Shown here: positions 60,516 through 64,000 of the stretch, piece after piece
How positions within the stretch are numbered: position 1 is the stretch's first letter
How the letters are laid out: every line of letters starts with the position of its first letter
DNA from: Candidatus Ozemobacteraceae bacterium
GTDB lineage: Bacteria; Muiribacteriota; Ozemobacteria; Ozemobacterales; Ozemobacteraceae
Direction: 5' to 3'
Assembly (NCBI GenBank): GCA_965140445.1
Contig: OZ223236.1
Coordinates: 1,824,001 to 1,888,000 of the forward strand
Length of the DNA: 64,000 nucleotides
Program-made: the position numbers and the translations under genes
The notes under the pieces: model-generated
Database searches by the model: none
The model's input: only the letters and a program-made list of their open reading frames with translations
What the model was told of the DNA's origin: nothing

Positions 60516-62596
60516 TGGAGCGAATCTGGACCTTAAAGACAGTCCCTGAGGAAAAGCTGGAAAGATTAAAAAATACAGGTTTTCCTCCGATTTTTCTGAG
60601 CATATTAATCAACAGAGGAATTGATACCGAAGAGGCGATTGAGAAGTATTTTGTGCCTAAAAGCCGGTTCCTTTTTTCACCTTTTATGCTCGATGGAGTC
60701 TGCAAAGCAGTAAAAAGAATTTTTAGAGCCATAAAATCCGAAGAAGGAATAAGGGTTTATGGTGATAGGGATGTGGATGGAATAACTTCAACAGTTCTGC
60801 TTGTTGAGACTTTACGAACTTTTTCTAATAAGGTTGACTATACTGTTCCGGTTATTGAAGATGGTTATGGCTTGAACCCAGACTATATAGATGCTGCAGT
60901 GAAAGATGGTGTAACGCTTATTATCACTGTGGATTGTGGAATTTCAAATATTGAAGAGGTTGAATACGCAAGAAGCAAAGGGATTGATGTTGTTATAACT
61001 GATCACCATGAGGCTCCTGCAGAGCTTCCAAAAGCTTATGCAATAATCGATCCGAAAATTCATGGCAGTTGTTGTCCTCAAAATAATATTGCTGGGGTTG
61101 GAGTCGCTTTTAAGACGGCCCTTGCACTTGAAATGGCCAGATCCAAGTCTCTTACACGGCCTGTTTATGCTTTTGATTTTAGGAACAATCAGGTTGATGT
61201 GGTAAGGTTTACACCCCAGGAAGGTTTTTCTGAACCAATGGCTCTTGATTTTGATGCTCTCTACGGAAAAACTCTCCTGTTCTTCAATGAAGAAGAACAA
61301 AAAGTTATTGGCGAGATGTTTCCTGCTGTTTTAAAAAACACAGATGTGGGAGAGGCTGGCGAACCAATTTTTCTGGAAAAAGTTTTCACCAATTGCATGC
61401 CTGAGATAAAAAATCCTTCAAAAAGTGAAATTGCAAAGGAACTTAATCTGGAAGATTTTGCTCCAGCAAAATCACTGCTTTTGTCTTATTTAAAATGTCT
61501 TGAATCAAAAACTCCTGGTGTAAAAGCTCTATGGAAGAGAAGCCTTGATGTATTAACCATAGGAACTATTGCAGATATGGTTCCGTTGCGTGGTGAAAAT
61601 AGGGCATTTACACAGATGGGATTAAAGTTTGTTGGAAAAACATCAAGAATTGGTCTTCAAAATCTCTTTTCTTTATTGGGCTGGCAAAATAAGAAGGTTC
61701 TTGAAAGAGATATCAGCTTTAGTATTGCTCCGATATTGAATTCCTCTGGAAGGCTGAAAACAGCAGAGTTGGCTATTGAGCTGTTGACAACTGAGCATAG
61801 CCCAAGGGCAGAAAACCTGGCTTCCGAACTTTTTGCATTGAATGATGAAAGAAAGAAGTTGGGCGAAGAATGCTATCGGGAAGTAAAAGATTTTCTTATT
61901 GCTCAGAACGATTTGCAAAATGACAAGTTGCTTATGGTAGCTGCTCCAATAAAGAATCAAGGGGTAACGGGTATTGTTGCTACAAGATTGATGTTAGATT
62001 ATTGCCGGCCTGTTATTGTCTTACTTGAAGATCAGGGCAACTTTTTAGGCTCTGCAAGAAGCTTTAAAGAGATTAATATTATTAGTGCCTTGAACTATTG
62101 TTCAGAACTCCTGGAAAAGTATGGCGGGCACATTGGAGCTGCAGGTTTAACTATCTCTACAGGCAACATTGATGCTTTCCGAACAAAGCTTAGAGAATAT
62201 GCATCTACAAATATTTCTGATAAAGATTTGCAGCCAGAGTGGAGAATTGATTATAAAGTCGAAATTGATGATATTGATGATCAGTTCATGAATGATCTAT
62301 TGAAGTTTTCTCCATTTGGTATTGAAAATCCTGCACCGTTATTTTTAGCTGAAAATGTGTCTTTTTATGAAATTAGAAAAGTTGGTGAGACAAAGGCTCA
62401 TTTGAGGTTTAAGGTTAGAAAGGGTGGGGGAAGACATATTTTTGGAATTGGATTTAATATGGGTGATATAATGGTACCTGATATAATCAGAGACGGAACA
62501 TGCGATATCGTATTTCATGTCGAGCCAAATGATTATAATGGAGTTAGATCAGCTCAGTTAATGGTTTGTGACTGTAAAATTAGAGGTTTTAAATGA
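60515..62596 (+). CDS. recJ: Single-stranded-DNA exonuclease RecJ with an approximately 120 aa insertion
   Basis: GDRDVDG, GYG, TVDCG, TDHH, GT.ADMVPL.GENR, P.LN..GR, GSARS, GGH..AAG, PFG.ENP. Confidence 0.93.
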   Translation: MERIWTLKTVPEEKLERLKNTGFPPIFLSILINRGIDTEEAIEKYFVPKSRFLFSPFMLDGVCKAVKRIFRAIKSEEGIRVYGDRDVDGITSTVLLVETLRTFSNKVDYTVPVIEDGYGLNPDYIDAAVKDGVTLIITVDCGISNIEEVEYARSKGIDVVITDHHEAPAELPKAYAIIDPKIHGSCCPQNNIAGVGVAFKTALALEMARSKSLTRPVYAFDFRNNQVDVVRFTPQEGFSEPMALDFDALYGKTLLFFNEEEQKVIGEMFPAVLKNTDVGEAGEPIFLEKVFTNCMPEIKNPSKSEIAKELNLEDFAPAKSLLLSYLKCLESKTPGVKALWKRSLDVLTIGTIADMVPLRGENRAFTQMGLKFVGKTSRIGLQNLFSLLGWQNKKVLERDISFSIAPILNSSGRLKTAELAIELLTTEHSPRAENLASELFALNDERKKLGEECYREVKDFLIAQNDLQNDKLLMVAAPIKNQGVTGIVATRLMLDYCRPVIVLLEDQGNFLGSARSFKEINIISALNYCSELLEKYGGHIGAAGLTISTGNIDAFRTKLREYASTNISDKDLQPEWRIDYKVEIDDIDDQFMNDLLKFSPFGIENPAPLFLAENVSFYEIRKVGETKAHLRFKVRKGGGRHIFGIGFNMGDIMVPDIIRDGTCDIVFHVEPNDYNGVRSAQLMVCDCKIRGFK

Positions 62597-62606
62597 TGGG
62601 GGATTT

Positions 62607-62915
62607 ATGGAAATCTTAGAAAAACCACCATTGGATCGTTACGATTTTTCACGAATGGAAAATATGTGGAAAAGACTGGTTTTTGAAGTCATTGCAGAAA
62701 TGATCGAGAACCACGAAATGTGTGATTGCCAGGATTGCATACTTGATACCGCGGCTCTTGCGTTGAATAAGTTACCATCCACTTACTGGATTTTGGGAAC
62801 CTATGATGCATTTATGCCGCCAGAAAAGTTTTATGAGGATACGATGAATCTAAGATTGGCAGAGGAAGCTGTGCTTCAGGCCTATCGAATGGTTCAACAA
62901 AACCCTCACCACTAG
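62607..62915 (+). CDS. comFB: ComFB-family protein (putative cyclic-dinucleotide receptor)
   Basis: CDCQDCILD.AALALNKLP..Y and C-terminal V..NPHH; GGGGGA RBS before ATG 62607. Confidence 0.82.
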   Translation: MEILEKPPLDRYDFSRMENMWKRLVFEVIAEMIENHEMCDCQDCILDTAALALNKLPSTYWILGTYDAFMPPEKFYEDTMNLRLAEEAVLQAYRMVQQNPHH

Positions 62916-62943
62916 TTTTTTTTGATTAAAGAAAAATGGTAAA

Positions 62944-62977
62944 AGAAAATCCGCCACAATCTGTGGCGGATTTTTCT
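62944..62977. terminator. Bidirectional intrinsic terminator
   Basis: AAAATCCGCCACA-ATC-TGTGGCGGATTTT. Confidence 0.9.
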
Positions 62978-62993
62978 ATATTTTGTTAACTAC

Positions 62994-64000
62994 CTAGTTA
63001 AGCTTATGGGCTTTAAAAATTTCTTGAAGCGCCATGTTTGCAGCAAGCCTAACTTCTTTGCTTTGGTCTCTAGTAGTATTTTTTAGTGCTACGAGGCATC
63101 TAATGTCTCTAAGGTTACCCAAAGCTTCAGCAGCTGCTTTTCTAACAGCGCTGCTTCTATCTGCAAGCATTATCATTAATGGCTCTACTACTGCATTTGA
63201 TCCAATTTTTCCCAAGATTCTTGCAATGTTTTCTCTTAAGAAATTGTTTCTGTCTTTTGTAAGCATAAGGAGTTTGGAAATCAAATTTGACTCACCAATT
63301 CTCACAAGAAGGTCACAAGAGTTTCGACGAATTCTTTCTTCAGAGTGTTTCAAGGCCTCGATTAAAACGTCATAAGAGTTTTCACCGAAACTGACAATCG
63401 CTTCACTGCATGCAAGTGGAACAATTGCAGATGGGTCATCCAGCCTTGCAAGCATTGGCATAATGGACTGTGGATCACCAATTTTTGCAAGGGCTTCGGC
63501 TGAAGCTTCTCTGACTTTTTCTGAAGAATCTTCAAGAGCCTTAACTATATGTGGAAGAGCAACCCGGTCTCGTCTTTCTCCAAGAACTTCAACCGAGGTA
63601 GTTCTCACTTCTTCTGATTTGTCGCCAATTGCAGCAATGATAATGTCAGGAACTCTCGCGTCAGCCATCATTGAAAGTGACTGAATTGAAAGTTTTCTAA
63701 CCAGCTCAGAAGAATCTTTGGTGGTTTTTTCAAGGAATTCTACGGCTGCAGTATCCTTAAGTTCGCCAAGAACCTCTGCGGCTTCTGCTCTTACAATTTC
63801 AACAGAGTCTTTCAGAGCCTCTATTGCAGGTTGAACAGCTGCAGTTGTTCCAATTTTTCCAATTGCTTCGATTGCTGCTGTCCTAACTTTTTCTGCAGAA
63901 TCCTTAACTAACTGAGAAAGAGTTCTAATGGCCCTTGGATCCTTTGTATCACCAAGAACTGTTGCAACTGCAACTCTAACTGGTTCGGAAGGGTGTGAAG
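62994..64000 (-). CDS. HEAT-repeat (PBS-lyase-like) protein, 5' end beyond the window
   Basis: Frame open from 64000 to the stop at 62994; repeated D....VR..AA.ALG units of about 31 aa. Confidence 0.88.
   Translation of the reverse strand, partial: SHPSEPVRVAVATVLGDTKDPRAIRTLSQLVKDSAEKVRTAAIEAIGKIGTTAAVQPAIEALKDSVEIVRAEAAEVLGELKDTAAVEFLEKTTKDSSELVRKLSIQSLSMMADARVPDIIIAAIGDKSEEVRTTSVEVLGERRDRVALPHIVKALEDSSEKVREASAEALAKIGDPQSIMPMLARLDDPSAIVPLACSEAIVSFGENSYDVLIEALKHSEERIRRNSCDLLVRIGESNLISKLLMLTKDRNNFLRENIARILGKIGSNAVVEPLMIMLADRSSAVRKAAAEALGNLRDIRCLVALKNTTRDQSKEVRLAANMALQEIFKAHKLN

Noticed and set aside
61130..61540. RecJ insertion as an intein
   Set aside because: No His-Asn C-terminus followed by Cys/Ser/Thr and no recognisable splicing blocks
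62994..64000. Periodic sequence as a DNA tandem repeat
   Set aside because: The periodicity is at protein level (HEAT repeats) with diverged codons

Overview
AT-rich bacterial chromosomal DNA from a Gram-negative, LPS-making organism (kdsA, kdsB, gmhA, rfaE present). About 2.5-41 kb is a large surface-polysaccharide (O-antigen-type, Wzx/Wzy) locus. It opens with rfbB-manB-gmd-manC, a frameshifted WbpO/TviB-type dehydrogenase and pgl. A ~25 kb co-directional cassette (9949-34834) then divides into three sugar modules. (A) KdnB-like oxidase, aminotransferase, two NeuB-type synthases, three cytidylyltransferase domains, a PseG-like hydrolase and an HP-motif transferase. (B) HpcH aldolase, variant KdsB, FkbM methyltransferase, two oxidoreductases, HAD, an SGNH-like protein and a second HP-motif transferase. 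(C) A CDP-glucose-derived amino-dideoxyhexose pathway, GT2 and wzy. An intact WbpO paralogue, asnB-like amidotransferase, a GT4 with a G9 tract at its start and a GC-shifted legC follow. The right part holds ygfK, kdsA, galE, pyrG, kdsB, a GmhA-RfaE2 fusion, rfaE1, a deoxyhypusine-synthase-like gene, several exported/membrane hypotheticals, a coupled membrane protein-HD-GYP-recJ-comFB operon and a truncated HEAT-repeat gene. No rRNA, tRNA, CRISPR, transposase or phage genes were seen. Best novelty candidates: a dual-ulosonic-acid glycan pathway that may make an oxidase/transaminase-aminated nonulosonate; an A_AAA_AAG frameshift in the duplicated WbpO gene; the HD-GYP-RecJ-ComFB operon; and several pseudoenzymes. 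All calls come from motif recognition by eye, without database searches.
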